Shown: piece after piece, positions 47,617 to 58,007 of the stretch | How positions within the stretch are numbered: the first letter of the stretch is position 1 | How the letters are laid out: each line of letters opens with the position of its first letter | Origin: Chloroflexota bacterium | GTDB lineage: Bacteria > Chloroflexota > Dehalococcoidia > Lucifugimonadales > GCA-002723415 | DNA: 64,000 nt | Reading direction: 5' to 3' | Assembly (NCBI GenBank): GCA_002721445.1 | Contig: PBKN01000008.1 | Coordinates: forward strand, 4,156-68,155 | Program-made: the position numbers and the translations under genes | The notes under the pieces: model-generated | Told to the model about the DNA's origin: nothing | Seen by the model: the letters and a program-made list of their open reading frames with translations, nothing else | Database searches by the model: none

Positions 47617-49050
47617 ATGGACACTTATATATATAAAAGAAAGATTAATTATTTGGATTATAAAATATTATTTATAGATGACCATGAAATAAATTCATCA
47701 AAAGGGTTAAAAAGAATTATCCACTCTGGCAAAAAACGTAATACTCCAGTTTTAAAAGCTGACAGACCATGGGAAGCAATCAATCAAATGGGAGGCACAG
47801 TAAGAAAAGAAGGCTCTCTTTATAGAATGTGGTACGACAGCTGGATAGAAAACACAAAATATAATGGATACGCTAGTTTATATGCCGAAAGTAATAATGG
47901 TATAAACTGGGATAAACCCATCCTGAAAAAATATAAAGATTTCAACGGCAATCTTAATAATAATATATATCTGAATCGAATATCTTTAAGAAGAAAAACA
48001 TTATCTCCACCAAAAAATATTGAACAAGATCATAATAAAAATATTCTTTATACTCCACACTTAGGTGAAGATAAGAAATATACTATGATTGCATATGATT
48101 ATGCTTATACCAACTTTGGGCCATATGATGGTTACTACCTAGCGTACTCTAAAGATGGTATTACCTGGACAGATGGACCGCTGGAACCTGTAATACCTGG
48201 ACACGCAGATGTAGGATGGTTTATGTATGATAATAAAGATAAAATGTTTAGAGGAATAGTCAAAGCATATTTAAACATTAGAGGCTATAGTAGAAGATCC
48301 GTATTATGGACTGAAAGCAATGATGCTTTAGATTGGACATTACCTAAACCTGCTATTATTCCAGATAAAATTGATGACTTATGGAGTAACGGAGACCCTG
48401 AAAGGTTTACTCAATTCTACGGAATGCCAATATTTAGATATAACTCTATAATATTAGGATTTGTAGAAGACTTTAGAACAACTGATGGGCATAGATCAAG
48501 AGATGGATTTACTTACCCTCAACTTGTCTCAAGCCGTGATGGAAGAAAATGGGAAAGAGTAGGAAATAGATCTCCTGTAATTGAGCTCGGAGAACCTGGT
48601 AGCTGGGATTGGGGAAGTGTGTCAATAGGTAATTCGATTGTTATAGAAAAAGAAGAGATAAAAGCATATTATACTGGACGCAATGATACTCATGCACATA
48701 CAACAATTGATAATGAGCCTGTTGAAGGATCTATAGGTGTTGCAACATGGCCAATTGATCGCTTTGTTGGATTAGAAAGTAAGGAATTTGGTACTTTAGA
48801 GATCAATGAATCAAACCCTAAAACTTCACTTCACATAAATGCAAATGCTAATAATGGTTTTATTCAAGTTGCTCTATATAATAATGAAAATAATATTGAA
48901 GGATTTAATATAGAAGATTCTATAAAAATAACTTCTGACTCTTTAGACCATATTGTTGAATGGAATACAAACTCAAGCCTTCCTAAAATTCCTTTAAAAA
49001 TTAAAATACATATGCAAAATGCTGAAATTTTTTCTTTGTGGTGGAGTTAA
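47617..49050 (+). CDS. hypothetical protein (possibly a beta-propeller glycoside-hydrolase-like fold)
   Basis: The 477-aa protein is Trp/Tyr/Gly/Asp-rich with repeated W..G / Y.S.DG..W patterns (YSKDGITWTDGP, SSRDGRKWERVG) that recall 5-bladed propeller hydrolases. The family assignment is uncertain. Confidence 0.35.
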   Translation: MDTYIYKRKINYLDYKILFIDDHEINSSKGLKRIIHSGKKRNTPVLKADRPWEAINQMGGTVRKEGSLYRMWYDSWIENTKYNGYASLYAESNNGINWDKPILKKYKDFNGNLNNNIYLNRISLRRKTLSPPKNIEQDHNKNILYTPHLGEDKKYTMIAYDYAYTNFGPYDGYYLAYSKDGITWTDGPLEPVIPGHADVGWFMYDNKDKMFRGIVKAYLNIRGYSRRSVLWTESNDALDWTLPKPAIIPDKIDDLWSNGDPERFTQFYGMPIFRYNSIILGFVEDFRTTDGHRSRDGFTYPQLVSSRDGRKWERVGNRSPVIELGEPGSWDWGSVSIGNSIVIEKEEIKAYYTGRNDTHAHTTIDNEPVEGSIGVATWPIDRFVGLESKEFGTLEINESNPKTSLHINANANNGFIQVALYNNENNIEGFNIEDSIKITSDSLDHIVEWNTNSSLPKIPLKIKIHMQNAEIFSLWWS

Positions 49051-49120
49051 AATAATTTTGTACAAATTCGCATCAATAATATATTCTTACTGATATAATA
49101 AATAAGAGGTGTAATAAATC

Positions 49121-49669
49121 ATGAGTATATATACTAAATCAGGAGATAAAGGGAAGACTGGTCTTTTGTTTGGAGGAGAAATATCTAAGTCTGATATTAT
49201 CTGTGAAGCTTATGGCACAATAGATCAAGCTGTTTCAGTCATGGGCATAGCTAAAGCAAGTACTGAAGATAAAGTTGTAATAAATTTACTTAGTGATATT
49301 CAAAAAGATTTGTTTATTGTGTCTGCTGAATTAGCTACAGACAAATCAAATTACAATAAATTAAAAAAACATTATGATATTGTTACTGAAAATATGGTGT
49401 ATAAAATTGAAAAAAATATCGATCAATTACTAGAAGAATTCGAATTGCCAAATGATTTTATTCTGCCAGGAACTTCAATAATATCAGCAACAATAGACTT
49501 TAGTAGAACAATAATTAGAACAAGTGAACGTAGAGTCGTAGAATTAAAAGAATCAGGTAGACTCATAAATACTCAAATATTAGTTTTTTTGAATCGTGTT
49601 TCTGATTTACTATTTGTTTTGGGGAGATATCACGATAGAAACCAAACTTTTGAATTAGCAACTAAGTGA
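49121..49669 (+). CDS. PduO-type ATP:cob(I)alamin adenosyltransferase
   Basis: The N-terminal IYTKSGDKGKTGL and the later LPG....A..D..RT..RR.ER motif are present. Confidence 0.85.
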   Translation: MSIYTKSGDKGKTGLLFGGEISKSDIICEAYGTIDQAVSVMGIAKASTEDKVVINLLSDIQKDLFIVSAELATDKSNYNKLKKHYDIVTENMVYKIEKNIDQLLEEFELPNDFILPGTSIISATIDFSRTIIRTSERRVVELKESGRLINTQILVFLNRVSDLLFVLGRYHDRNQTFELATK

Positions 49670-49673
49670 AAAT

Positions 49674-50300
49674 TTGAATAAACCTAAAATAACAATAATA
49701 GATTATCAAGCAAGTAACTTAAGAAGCGTTCAAAAAGCTCTTGAAGCAAATGGCGCTAAAGCAGAAATATCAGATAAACCTGAAATTATAGCAAAATCTG
49801 ATGCAATTGTTTTTCCTGGGCAAGGAGCAATTGATCCTTCAATGAAAAAATTAAACGAAAAAAATTTGATTGAAGTAATACAATCTTATATATCAAGTAA
49901 TAAACCATTTCTAGGTATCTGTTTAGGTTTACAATTATTATTTGAATCTTCAGATGAAGGAGAAGCAAATTGCCTCGGCGTATTAGAAGGTAAGAGCAAA
50001 CTATTTCCTAAATCTGTAAAAACTCCTCATATGGGATGGAATCAAATTCAAATTAATATTCAAAACCCTTTATTTGATGGAATTAAGTCAAATTCTTATT
50101 TCTATTTTGTTCATAGCTATTATGCTTTGCCAAAAAACAATACGATAATATCAAGCGAAACGGATTACGGTGTTAAATTTTGTAGTTCAATAGTAAAAAA
50201 CAATTTAATGGGTGTTCAATTTCATCCTGAAAAAAGCGGACCAAATGGTTTGAAAATTTATAACAATTTTATTAACTTCATAAAAAGTGGAAAAATTTAA
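49674..50300 (+). CDS. hisH: imidazole glycerol phosphate synthase, glutaminase subunit
   Basis: ITIIDYQASNLRSV, GICLGLQLL, HMGWN and VQFHPEKSG are present. The start is TTG. Confidence 0.95.
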   Translation: MNKPKITIIDYQASNLRSVQKALEANGAKAEISDKPEIIAKSDAIVFPGQGAIDPSMKKLNEKNLIEVIQSYISSNKPFLGICLGLQLLFESSDEGEANCLGVLEGKSKLFPKSVKTPHMGWNQIQINIQNPLFDGIKSNSYFYFVHSYYALPKNNTIISSETDYGVKFCSSIVKNNLMGVQFHPEKSGPNGLKIYNNFINFIKSGKI

Positions 50301-50305
50301 TCATT

Positions 50306-51013
50306 ATGTTAATCATTCCTGCAATAGACCTACTTAATGGAAAATGTGTTAGATTATTTCAAGGTAATTATAAAAAAGAAACTATTTATGATAACAATCC
50401 ATTAGAAGTAGCTGCAAAATGGATATCATATGGAATAGAACGCCTACATATAATTGATTTAGATGGAGCGAAAGAAGGCTATCCTAAAAATATTGATATA
50501 ATTTCAGAAATAGTAAAGATTCACCAAATACCTATACAAATAGGAGGAGGAATTAGGTCTATAGAAACTGCTAAATCTTTGTTAGATAAAGGTGTGGAAA
50601 AAGTAATTTTAAGTACAAATGCTATAAAAAACCCAGAGATGATAAAAAGTTTATGTGATGAAATTGGAAAAGAGCATGTAATCATAAGTATTGATGCCGA
50701 AAATGGTTTTGTATCAATTAATGGATGGATTGAAAAAACAAAAATCTATTCCATAGATTTAATTAATCAAATGAGCGAAATTGGAATAAATCAATTTATA
50801 TATACTGACATATCTAGGGACGGAACACTTTCAGGACCAAACTACAAAAAAATATTAGAATTAATAAATCCTAAATATTCTATTTTAGCTGCAGGTGGTA
50901 TCACTAATATAGAACATTTAAAAAAGCTAAAAGATATTGGAGTCCACGGATCAATAATAGGTAAAGCAATATATACTGGTAATATTAAACTAAATGAAGC
51001 TTTAAAAATATAA
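50306..51013 (+). CDS. hisA: 1-(5-phosphoribosyl)-5-[(5-phosphoribosylamino)methylideneamino]imidazole-4-carboxamide isomerase
   Basis: IIPAIDLLNGKCVRL, IQIGGGIRS and YTDISRDGTLSGPN are present. Confidence 0.95.
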   Translation: MLIIPAIDLLNGKCVRLFQGNYKKETIYDNNPLEVAAKWISYGIERLHIIDLDGAKEGYPKNIDIISEIVKIHQIPIQIGGGIRSIETAKSLLDKGVEKVILSTNAIKNPEMIKSLCDEIGKEHVIISIDAENGFVSINGWIEKTKIYSIDLINQMSEIGINQFIYTDISRDGTLSGPNYKKILELINPKYSILAAGGITNIEHLKKLKDIGVHGSIIGKAIYTGNIKLNEALKI

Positions 51014-51033
51014 CTTAAAGAAACATAATTACA

Positions 51034-51843
51034 ATGTTAACAAAAAGAATAATTCCATGTTTAGATATTAATGCAGGTAGAGTAGTTAAAGGAGTAAATT
51101 TTTTAAATTTACAAGATGCAGGTAACCCAACAGAACTCGCTGAATATTATGATAGCGAAGGAGCAGACGAACTTGTATTCTTAGACATCACTGCCAGCTC
51201 AGAAAAAAGATTTATAATAATTGATGTTGTAAAAAGTGTATCTGAAAAATTATTTATACCTTTAACAGTAGGTGGTGGATTAAACAAATTATCAGATATA
51301 CGCTCAATGCTTAAAGCTGGAGCCGATAAAGTATCAATAAATACATCTGCAGTGATAAATCCAAATTTAATTAATGAAGCATCTGATTTTTTCGGATCTC
51401 AATGTATAGTTGTCGCAATCGATGTAAAAAAAATTAATAATAAAATTTACATTGAAGAACCAAAATCTGACATAAGTTTAGACAATAAATCTAAATGGGA
51501 AGTCTTTACACATGGAGGAAGAAAACCTACAGGTATAGATGCAATAAAATGGGCAAAAAAAATTGCATACTTAGGTGCAGGTGAATTACTTGTAACAAGT
51601 ATGGATACTGATGGTAAAAAAGAAGGCTATGATCTAGATTTAATTAAAACTATCACATCAAATGTAAACATACCTGTGATAGCTAGTGGTGGAGCAGGTG
51701 AATTAAAACATTTATCAGATGTTCTTCAATATAGCAACGCAGATGCAGTTCTAGCAGCAAGCATTTTTCATTATAAAACATATACAATTAATCAAGTAAA
51801 AGATTACCTGTCTACTCTTAATATACCTATAAGACCAAATTAA
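51034..51843 (+). CDS. hisF: imidazole glycerol phosphate synthase, cyclase subunit
   Basis: [34 protein letters not shown] and IASGGAG are present. Confidence 0.95.
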   Translation: MLTKRIIPCLDINAGRVVKGVNFLNLQDAGNPTELAEYYDSEGADELVFLDITASSEKRFIIIDVVKSVSEKLFIPLTVGGGLNKLSDIRSMLKAGADKVSINTSAVINPNLINEASDFFGSQCIVVAIDVKKINNKIYIEEPKSDISLDNKSKWEVFTHGGRKPTGIDAIKWAKKIAYLGAGELLVTSMDTDGKKEGYDLDLIKTITSNVNIPVIASGGAGELKHLSDVLQYSNADAVLAASIFHYKTYTINQVKDYLSTLNIPIRPN

Positions 51844-51869
51844 CCTAAATTAATCTTAGGAGAAACTAA

Positions 51870-52490
51870 ATGACGACATTAAAGCTTGATAAACAAGGAT
51901 TAATACCAGCAATTATAACCAATATAAATAATGGAAAAGTTATAATGCTAGGATATATGAATGCTGAATCTATTAACAAAACTATAGAAACTAAAGAGGT
52001 ATGGTTTTACAGCAGATCAAGATCTGAAATATGGCATAAAGGTGCTACATCTGGAAATTACTTCAATGTAGAGTCTATGTCTATTGATTGTGACAATGAC
52101 ACTATTCATATTGAAGTACACCCAACAGGCCCAGGATGCCACACAGGTAACGATACATGCTTTTTTAATAAAATAGATAAACCATTAACTTTTGAACCTG
52201 TAAAAATAGATTCAAAAGTTATAGATAAACTTTTCAAAATAATAGAAAGCCGTAAAAATTCTAATTTAGATAAAAGTTATACAGTTGATTTGTTTAATGC
52301 AGGCATAAAAAAAATTAGTCAAAAAGTAGTTGAAGAAGCTGGAGAAACAGCTATAGCCGCAGTATCACAAGATAAAAAAGAATTTATTAACGAAAGCGTA
52401 GACTTATTATATCATCTACTAGTATTGACTTCAGCATTAGATATAGACCTAAAAGATATATGGGACGAACTAGAAAATAGAAGTAAATAA
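51870..52490 (+). CDS. hisI: bifunctional phosphoribosyl-AMP cyclohydrolase / phosphoribosyl-ATP pyrophosphatase
   Basis: The HisI part carries LGYMN..., FYSRSRSEIWHKGATSGN and CDNDT. The HisE part carries SYTVDLF..G..KI.QKV.EEA.E. Confidence 0.9.
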   Translation: MTTLKLDKQGLIPAIITNINNGKVIMLGYMNAESINKTIETKEVWFYSRSRSEIWHKGATSGNYFNVESMSIDCDNDTIHIEVHPTGPGCHTGNDTCFFNKIDKPLTFEPVKIDSKVIDKLFKIIESRKNSNLDKSYTVDLFNAGIKKISQKVVEEAGETAIAAVSQDKKEFINESVDLLYHLLVLTSALDIDLKDIWDELENRSK

Positions 52491-52495
52491 TATTT

Positions 52496-53377
52496 CTAAA
52501 TATTGCCTTTTAAATTATCAGCATCTATAGTTTTATTTATAGCTACTAAAGCAATTTCAAGCTGCATATCGTCAGGCTTTCTTGTAGTCAAAGATTGTAA
52601 AGCTAAGCTAGGTCCAACTATAAATTTTACAAAAAAATTATTTGAAAATTGATTATTGAATCTAATTATTTCATAACTTATTGATGCTATAATTGGAACA
52701 AAAATCACCCTAGAAAGTAATAACCACCATAAAGGCTCACGTCCTAAAAACACAAATATAAAGACAGAGACAAATGCCACAACTAGGATAAAAGCTGTTC
52801 CACACCTTGGATGTGCTGTAGGATATTTCTTTAAATTTGTAAGATTTAATTCCTCATTTTTTTCTCTAGCATGAACAGCCATATGTTCTGCACCATGATA
52901 CATAAAAACACGCTTTATATCATTCATACGTCCAATTAAAAATAAATATCCGATTAATATAATTACCCTTATTAACCCCTCAATTAAATTAACTAATAAA
53001 TGAGATTTTAATATACCTTCTAATAAATTACTCAGAAATACTGGGGTTAGAAAAAAAAGTATAATGGAAAAAACTAATGATATTGAAATCATTATACCTA
53101 GTGAAACCTTACCTAATTCCTCATTTTCAGCTTCAGCTGCGACGTTTGCAGAATATGCTAAGGAACGCATACCTAAAATCATAATTTCTATTAAAACTAA
53201 AAAGCCTCTTATAAAAGGTATATTTCTAAGATTACCTGTAAATAGTGCATATAAAGGTTCACATCTAACAGCTATTGTAGAATCAGGACGTCTAACTGCA
53301 ACAGAAACATGATGCTTGCCACGTATCATTATGCCTTCTATAACTGCTTGGCCACCATACGTATGATTTTCTTCCAT
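52496..53377 (-). CDS. DUF1385-family membrane protein (YqhQ-like)
   Basis: YGGQAVIEGIMIRG, YHGAEHM and HPRCGT are present. Confidence 0.8.
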   Translation of the reverse strand: MEENHTYGGQAVIEGIMIRGKHHVSVAVRRPDSTIAVRCEPLYALFTGNLRNIPFIRGFLVLIEIMILGMRSLAYSANVAAEAENEELGKVSLGIMISISLVFSIILFFLTPVFLSNLLEGILKSHLLVNLIEGLIRVIILIGYLFLIGRMNDIKRVFMYHGAEHMAVHAREKNEELNLTNLKKYPTAHPRCGTAFILVVAFVSVFIFVFLGREPLWWLLLSRVIFVPIIASISYEIIRFNNQFSNNFFVKFIVGPSLALQSLTTRKPDDMQLEIALVAINKTIDADNLKGNI

Positions 53378-53418
53378 ATTTAAAAAACCAAAAATAAATT
53401 AAAAATTAAATAGTTGTT

Positions 53419-53625
53419 TCAATTATCTAAATTAAAACGTCTACGAATTCTATCAACTCGACCTTCAGTATCAACAATACGTTGTTCTCCTGTGAAAAAA
53501 GGATGACAATTATTACATATTTCAACGCTTAACTCTGATTTTGTTGATCCAGTGACAAATTTATGACCACATGAGCATTTCACAGTAGCCTGAGCATAAT
53601 ATTTTGGGTGTATATCATTTTTCAT
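53419..53625 (-). CDS. rpmE: 50S ribosomal protein L31 (Zn-binding type)
   Basis: MKNDIHPKY..., C.C...[10 protein letters not shown] are present. Confidence 0.95.
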   Translation of the reverse strand: MKNDIHPKYYAQATVKCSCGHKFVTGSTKSELSVEICNNCHPFFTGEQRIVDTEGRVDRIRRRFNLDN

Positions 53626-53641
53626 AATAATCTAATCTTTA

Positions 53642-53899
53642 TTATTTTGAAGGAAGTATTGCTACAGATTTTTTACTAGATGTCATAGGAGAATATTTAA
53701 CATTACCATCAATCATAGCAAATAATGTATGGTCTCTTCCTAATCCTACATTTTCACCTGGATGTATTTTTGTACCTCTTTGCCGAACAATAATTGAACC
53801 TGCTCTTACAAATTCGGTGTCAAATCGTTTAACACCTAATCTTTTTGAATTACTATCTCTTCCATTTCTTGTACTTCCTCCACCCTTCTTATGAGCCAT
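53642..53899 (-). CDS. rpmA: 50S ribosomal protein L27
   Basis: [24 protein letters not shown]...[10 protein letters not shown] is present, with no N-terminal propeptide. It overlaps rplU by 11 nt. Confidence 0.95.
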   Translation of the reverse strand: MAHKKGGGSTRNGRDSNSKRLGVKRFDTEFVRAGSIIVRQRGTKIHPGENVGLGRDHTLFAMIDGNVKYSPMTSSKKSVAILPSK

Positions 53900-54248
53900 T
53901 AGCTACACTCCTCTTAGTAGTTTTACGCTTATCAATTAATATATCTTTTATATTAATTTCAGTAAAAGCTTGTCTATGTCCATTTTTCTTTCTATAACGA
54001 ATTTTATTTTTATATTTAAATACAATTACTTTTTTATCTTTAGCATTCCTAACAATTTCTGCTTTAACTTTACCGCCTTTAACAGTAGGTGTGCCTACAG
54101 TGGATTTACCATCTTTTGATAAATACAATATTTCTGAAAACTCTATAGAGTCTCCTGCATCACCATCAACAGATTCAATATTGATTGAATCTCCAGGACT
54201 AACAATATATTGTTTACCACCTGTAGCTATTATTGCTTGATCTGCCAA
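53889..54248 (-). CDS. rplU: 50S ribosomal protein L21
   Basis: [13 protein letters not shown]...FKYK.K..YRKK.GHRQ is present. The start is TTG with an AAGGA SD. Confidence 0.95.
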   Translation of the reverse strand: MADQAIIATGGKQYIVSPGDSINIESVDGDAGDSIEFSEILYLSKDGKSTVGTPTVKGGKVKAEIVRNAKDKKVIVFKYKNKIRYRKKNGHRQAFTEINIKDILIDKRKTTKRSVANGS

Positions 54249-54273
54249 TTCTCAATCCTTATTTTTATTTTTT

Positions 54274-54316
54274 AAAAAACGAAATTTTAGGATTACCTGT
54301 AAAGGCAATCCTAAAA
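54274..54316 (-). terminator. hairpin plus U-run between the mini zinc-ribbon gene and rplU (terminator or rplU leader structure)
   Basis: The minus strand reads TTTTAGGATT-gcctttacaggt-AATCCTAAAA followed by TTTCGTTTTTT. Only 25 nt remain before the rplU start. Confidence 0.45.
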
Positions 54317-54367
54317 AATTTTCATTGCTATATTAAATCGAACTAAATTTAAAAGAAACAGTCTAAA

Positions 54368-54508
54368 TTAAGACTTACCTATTCTAAATAATTTACAGCC
54401 ACATGTTCCACAATCGCCTTTAGTAGCAGGTCGACCATTTTTCAAAGTAACTGCAGTAGGATTAGATATCTCTTTTTTAGTTCTGCACTTAAAACAATAA
54501 GCTTGCAT
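54368..54508 (-). CDS. 46-aa zinc-ribbon protein (DUF5679-like)
   Basis: Hand translation gives MQAYCFKCRTKKEISNPTAVTLKNGRPATKGDCGTCGCKLFRIGKS. An AGGAG SD lies 8 nt upstream. The ORF is below the ORF-track size cutoff. Confidence 0.7.
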   Translation of the reverse strand: MQAYCFKCRTKKEISNPTAVTLKNGRPATKGDCGTCGCKLFRIGKS

Positions 54509-54569
54509 CACGCACACTCCTAATAGCTATGTTTATATATATATTAAGCATTATACAGCTTAGTATACA

Positions 54570-54598
54570 ATCATATCTGTTTTGATTGATTTGGTCAA
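54570..54598 (-). promoter_or_regulatory. sigma70-like promoter candidate TTGACC-17-TATGAT for the mini zinc-ribbon gene (and possibly rplU-rpmA)
   Basis: On the minus strand TTGACC is at 54598-54593, the spacer is 17 nt, and TATGAT is at 54575-54570. A second TGTATAAT lies about 20 nt downstream. Confidence 0.35.
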
Positions 54599-54614
54599 TG
54601 CTTATTTTATATAA

Positions 54615-55565
54615 TTAAATAGCCAAATTAAAATTTTTATAACATTTCCATCTTTGCAAGCTTTTTTCAAATATAATTATCCCTATAAAATTACCCTCTG
54701 AGTTATAGACTTTACATTTAGACTTGTCTGGAACATTAATTTCATATATATCATCTGGAATAACCCCTCCATTTTTAATTATTTTTTCAATCTTCGGATC
54801 AACAATTATTTTCGGCAATTTATCTAAAACAGTATCAATGCTATAAATTAGATTCATCCAATCACCATTTTGAGCCCTGTCTTTAAAATCTTCTAAATCT
54901 ACAGAAGATTCGATTGAAAAAATACCATTGCGTATTCTAGACAAATTATTTATATGAGCCCCACATCCTAATAATTCTCCAAAATCATTGGCAAATGACC
55001 TTACATAAAAACCTTTCCCACATGCTATATCTAATGTTAAAAAAGGTGAACTCCAATTCAGGATTTTTAATGAATAAACTTTAACCTTCCTAGGTTTCAA
55101 ATTTAAATTAATGCCTTTTCTAGCTAATTTATAAAGCCTCTCACCTTTAACTTTTAATGCACTATACATAGGAGGAATTTGTTCGATATCTCCTTCGAAT
55201 TTAGAAATTATATTTTTAAAACTATCATAATTAATATCATTTAAATCTTTGGTATTTAAAACTTCACCTTCTAAATCATATGTATTTGTAGAAATACCCA
55301 GATGTAAAATTACTCTATAAACTTTCTGGCTATTTAAAATATCCTCCATTACTCTTGTAGATTGACCTAAACATATTGGTAAAACACCTGTAGCTAAAGG
55401 ATCTAAAGTTCCGGCATGTCCAACTTTTTTTACTTTAGTAAAACTTTTAACAATGCGTACTACATTCATAGAAGTAACATCTAGAGGTTTATTTATATTT
55501 AAAATGCCATCTATTGAATCATTTTTAACTATCATTTTTATTAGAGGCTTGAGGTAAATTATCAA
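54615..55565 (-). CDS. truB: tRNA pseudouridine(55) synthase
   Basis: GILNINKP...TS, GHAGTLDPLATGVLPI and a C-terminal PUA-like part are present. The real start may be the ATG at 55535 (MIVKND...), which reduces the overlap with rbfA. Confidence 0.95.
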   Translation of the reverse strand: MIIYLKPLIKMIVKNDSIDGILNINKPLDVTSMNVVRIVKSFTKVKKVGHAGTLDPLATGVLPICLGQSTRVMEDILNSQKVYRVILHLGISTNTYDLEGEVLNTKDLNDINYDSFKNIISKFEGDIEQIPPMYSALKVKGERLYKLARKGINLNLKPRKVKVYSLKILNWSSPFLTLDIACGKGFYVRSFANDFGELLGCGAHINNLSRIRNGIFSIESSVDLEDFKDRAQNGDWMNLIYSIDTVLDKLPKIIVDPKIEKIIKNGGVIPDDIYEINVPDKSKCKVYNSEGNFIGIIIFEKSLQRWKCYKNFNLAI

Positions 55566-55887
55566 TAATATCTAAAATCCTTGACTTATCTTCTATAGAT
55601 TCATCTAGATAAAATGATAATTTAGGTACACTTTTTAAATCCAAATTCTTTAATAATAAATTTTTTATATATCCAGAAGCAGAATTTAATGCTTTAAGAG
55701 TCTTGTTTTTAATATTTACATCACCCAAAACACTTATGTAGATTTTTGAAATATTTAAGTCTTTTGATGTTCTAACTTCAAGGACACTAACAAAAGAAGA
55801 AATTCTTGGATCTTTAATATCATCAATTATAATTTTACCTATTTCTCGAAGTAAAAGAGAATTTATACGGTCCATTCGGTAATGCAT
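55525..55887 (-). CDS. rbfA: ribosome-binding factor A
   Basis: R..RINSLLLREIG.II...IKDPR...VSV..V..S.DL..AKIY.S is present. Confidence 0.9.
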   Translation of the reverse strand: MHYRMDRINSLLLREIGKIIIDDIKDPRISSFVSVLEVRTSKDLNISKIYISVLGDVNIKNKTLKALNSASGYIKNLLLKNLDLKSVPKLSFYLDESIEDKSRILDIIDNLPQASNKNDS

Positions 55888-55905
55888 CTAATAATCCAAT
55901 AGCTA

Positions 55906-57690
55906 TTATTCTACTACAACAGTTTTATGGGCTTCTATAATATCGCCTTCAAGGTAATCGTTAAATCCATCAACAGTCAACCCGCCTTCAAAACCGGTTT
56001 TAACATCTCTAACATCATCTTTAAGGTGTTTAAGTGTATTAATATCTCCCTCAAATAACTTCTTCTGGTCTCTGTAAATATGAACTACCGAATCTTTTGT
56101 TATTTTCCCATCATTAACGTAAAATCCAGCAACTGATACACCTTTTCCAATATCGAATGTAGCTCTAATCGTTGCCTGGCCTTCAATTACATCTTCATAA
56201 ACAGGATCTTCTAACCCTTTCAATACCTTTGTAACATCATCTAGTAAGTGATAAATAATGTTATATGACCTCAACTTAACATTAGACTGAGTAGCTAAAG
56301 TTAAGGCACCTGGCTCTAAAGGAGAATTGAAACCAATTATCATTGCATCAGAAGCAGCAGCTAATAAAACATCACTCTCTGAAACACCTCCACTCGCAGC
56401 ATGAATTATAGTAATCCTAGAATCCTCAGAATTCAAACTTTCAAGAGAAGTCCTTACTGGCTCTAAAGTTCCCTGAACATCTGTTTTTATTACTAAATTA
56501 ACAGATCTAATATTACTAGATTCTATACCTGAATGAATTTCTGAAAGCTGGTAAGAATCATCAATATCTTTTTCGTTATCTTTTATAATTTGACTCATCA
56601 TTCTCTCATCACTAGTTGCAGAAATAGAATCGCCTGCATTTGGCAATATACTCAAACCCAATATTTCGACCGGTGATGATGGGAGTGCTTCTGTAACAGG
56701 ATTTCCTAAGTCATTAAACATTGCCCTTACTTTGTTTTTATGTGAACCCAGAACTAAATGATCCCCAATTTCCAACCTACCTTGCTGTATAATAACTGTT
56801 GCTAAAATACCTTTACGCTTATCAGTTCTAGCTTCTAATACTATTCCCTTAACATCATTCGAAGATTTAGTCTTCAAGTCTGAAACCTCAGCAACAACGA
56901 GAATATTCTCTAATAAATCATCAACGCCATCTCCATTTAATGCAGAAATCCCTACACATATAACATCGCCACCCCATTCTTCTATCAATAAATCATTTTC
57001 AGATAGTTGTCTTTTAACTTTTTCTTGATCAGCAGCAGGATGATCTATTTTATTTATTGCTACAATAATAGGTACTTTAGATGCTTTAGCATGAGCTATA
57101 GCTTCTAAAGTTTGAGGCATTATTCCATCATCAGCAGCAATTACAATTATAATTATATCTGTTAAATAAGCACCTCTAGCCCTCATAGAAGAAAATGCCT
57201 GATGTCCAGGAGTATCTAAAAATGTAATTTTATTACTATTAAAATCAACTTGATACGCACCTATATGTTGAGTAATACTACCTGCTTCACCATCTACAAC
57301 ATTACTATTTCTTATATTATCTAAAAGAGTTGTTTTACCATGGTCTACATGTCCTAAAATCGTAACAATAGGAGGTCTGCTTTCTAAATCTTCAGAGGTG
57401 TCTTGAGTTGAAGAATCTAAAGCAGCTTGCTTTGACGGTTCTCTATCAACTAAATCTAAAATGTATCCAAAAGTTCTTGCAACAGGCGAAGCAACATCAA
57501 ATTCAATAACATCGTTAATAGCTAACATAAATCCGTTACGCATAAATTCTTTTATTAGCTCAACAGGATTTACATCCATAAGATTAGCAAGATCAGACAA
57601 AGTGATCTCAGATGGGATTTCTAAAATATCCCCTTCAATTTGGGAATCTTGCTCTTCTGAAGCATTAGAAATTTCAGAATCTTTTTCCAT
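55906..57690 (-). CDS. infB: translation initiation factor IF-2 (short N-terminal region)
   Basis: RPPIVTILGHVDHGKTTLLD, DTPGHQAF, AINKID and the C-terminal domains are present. Confidence 0.95.
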   Translation of the reverse strand: MEKDSEISNASEEQDSQIEGDILEIPSEITLSDLANLMDVNPVELIKEFMRNGFMLAINDVIEFDVASPVARTFGYILDLVDREPSKQAALDSSTQDTSEDLESRPPIVTILGHVDHGKTTLLDNIRNSNVVDGEAGSITQHIGAYQVDFNSNKITFLDTPGHQAFSSMRARGAYLTDIIIIVIAADDGIMPQTLEAIAHAKASKVPIIVAINKIDHPAADQEKVKRQLSENDLLIEEWGGDVICVGISALNGDGVDDLLENILVVAEVSDLKTKSSNDVKGIVLEARTDKRKGILATVIIQQGRLEIGDHLVLGSHKNKVRAMFNDLGNPVTEALPSSPVEILGLSILPNAGDSISATSDERMMSQIIKDNEKDIDDSYQLSEIHSGIESSNIRSVNLVIKTDVQGTLEPVRTSLESLNSEDSRITIIHAASGGVSESDVLLAAASDAMIIGFNSPLEPGALTLATQSNVKLRSYNIIYHLLDDVTKVLKGLEDPVYEDVIEGQATIRATFDIGKGVSVAGFYVNDGKITKDSVVHIYRDQKKLFEGDINTLKHLKDDVRDVKTGFEGGLTVDGFNDYLEGDIIEAHKTVVVE

Positions 57691-57731
57691 AACACCTAAT
57701 CCTAATTACAAATTATTATATAAAAATTAAT

Positions 57732-57998
57732 TCATATTACACTATTCACATCTAATAAAAGTTTATCCCAATCAACATGTTCGATACTTATTTTTAAAGA
57801 ATAACATAATCTCTTCTTAGTAACACTTGCTAAAACACATGTTTCCGTTTTACATATGTAAGCACCCCTACCAGGCATAACCATTTTTGAATCAAACAAA
57901 ATACTTCTCTTCGACTTGATAAATCTTATTAAATCATATTTAATAGATTTTTTTTTACATACAACACAAGTTCTCTTGAATTTATCTTGAATATTCAA
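57732..57998 (-). CDS. ylxR: YlxR/DUF448-family RNA-binding protein
   Basis: RTCVVCKKK...PGRGAYIC is present. The gene sits at the canonical position between nusA and infB. Confidence 0.85.
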   Translation of the reverse strand: MNIQDKFKRTCVVCKKKSIKYDLIRFIKSKRSILFDSKMVMPGRGAYICKTETCVLASVTKKRLCYSLKISIEHVDWDKLLLDVNSVI

Positions 57999-58007
57999 TA
58001 ACTTAAA

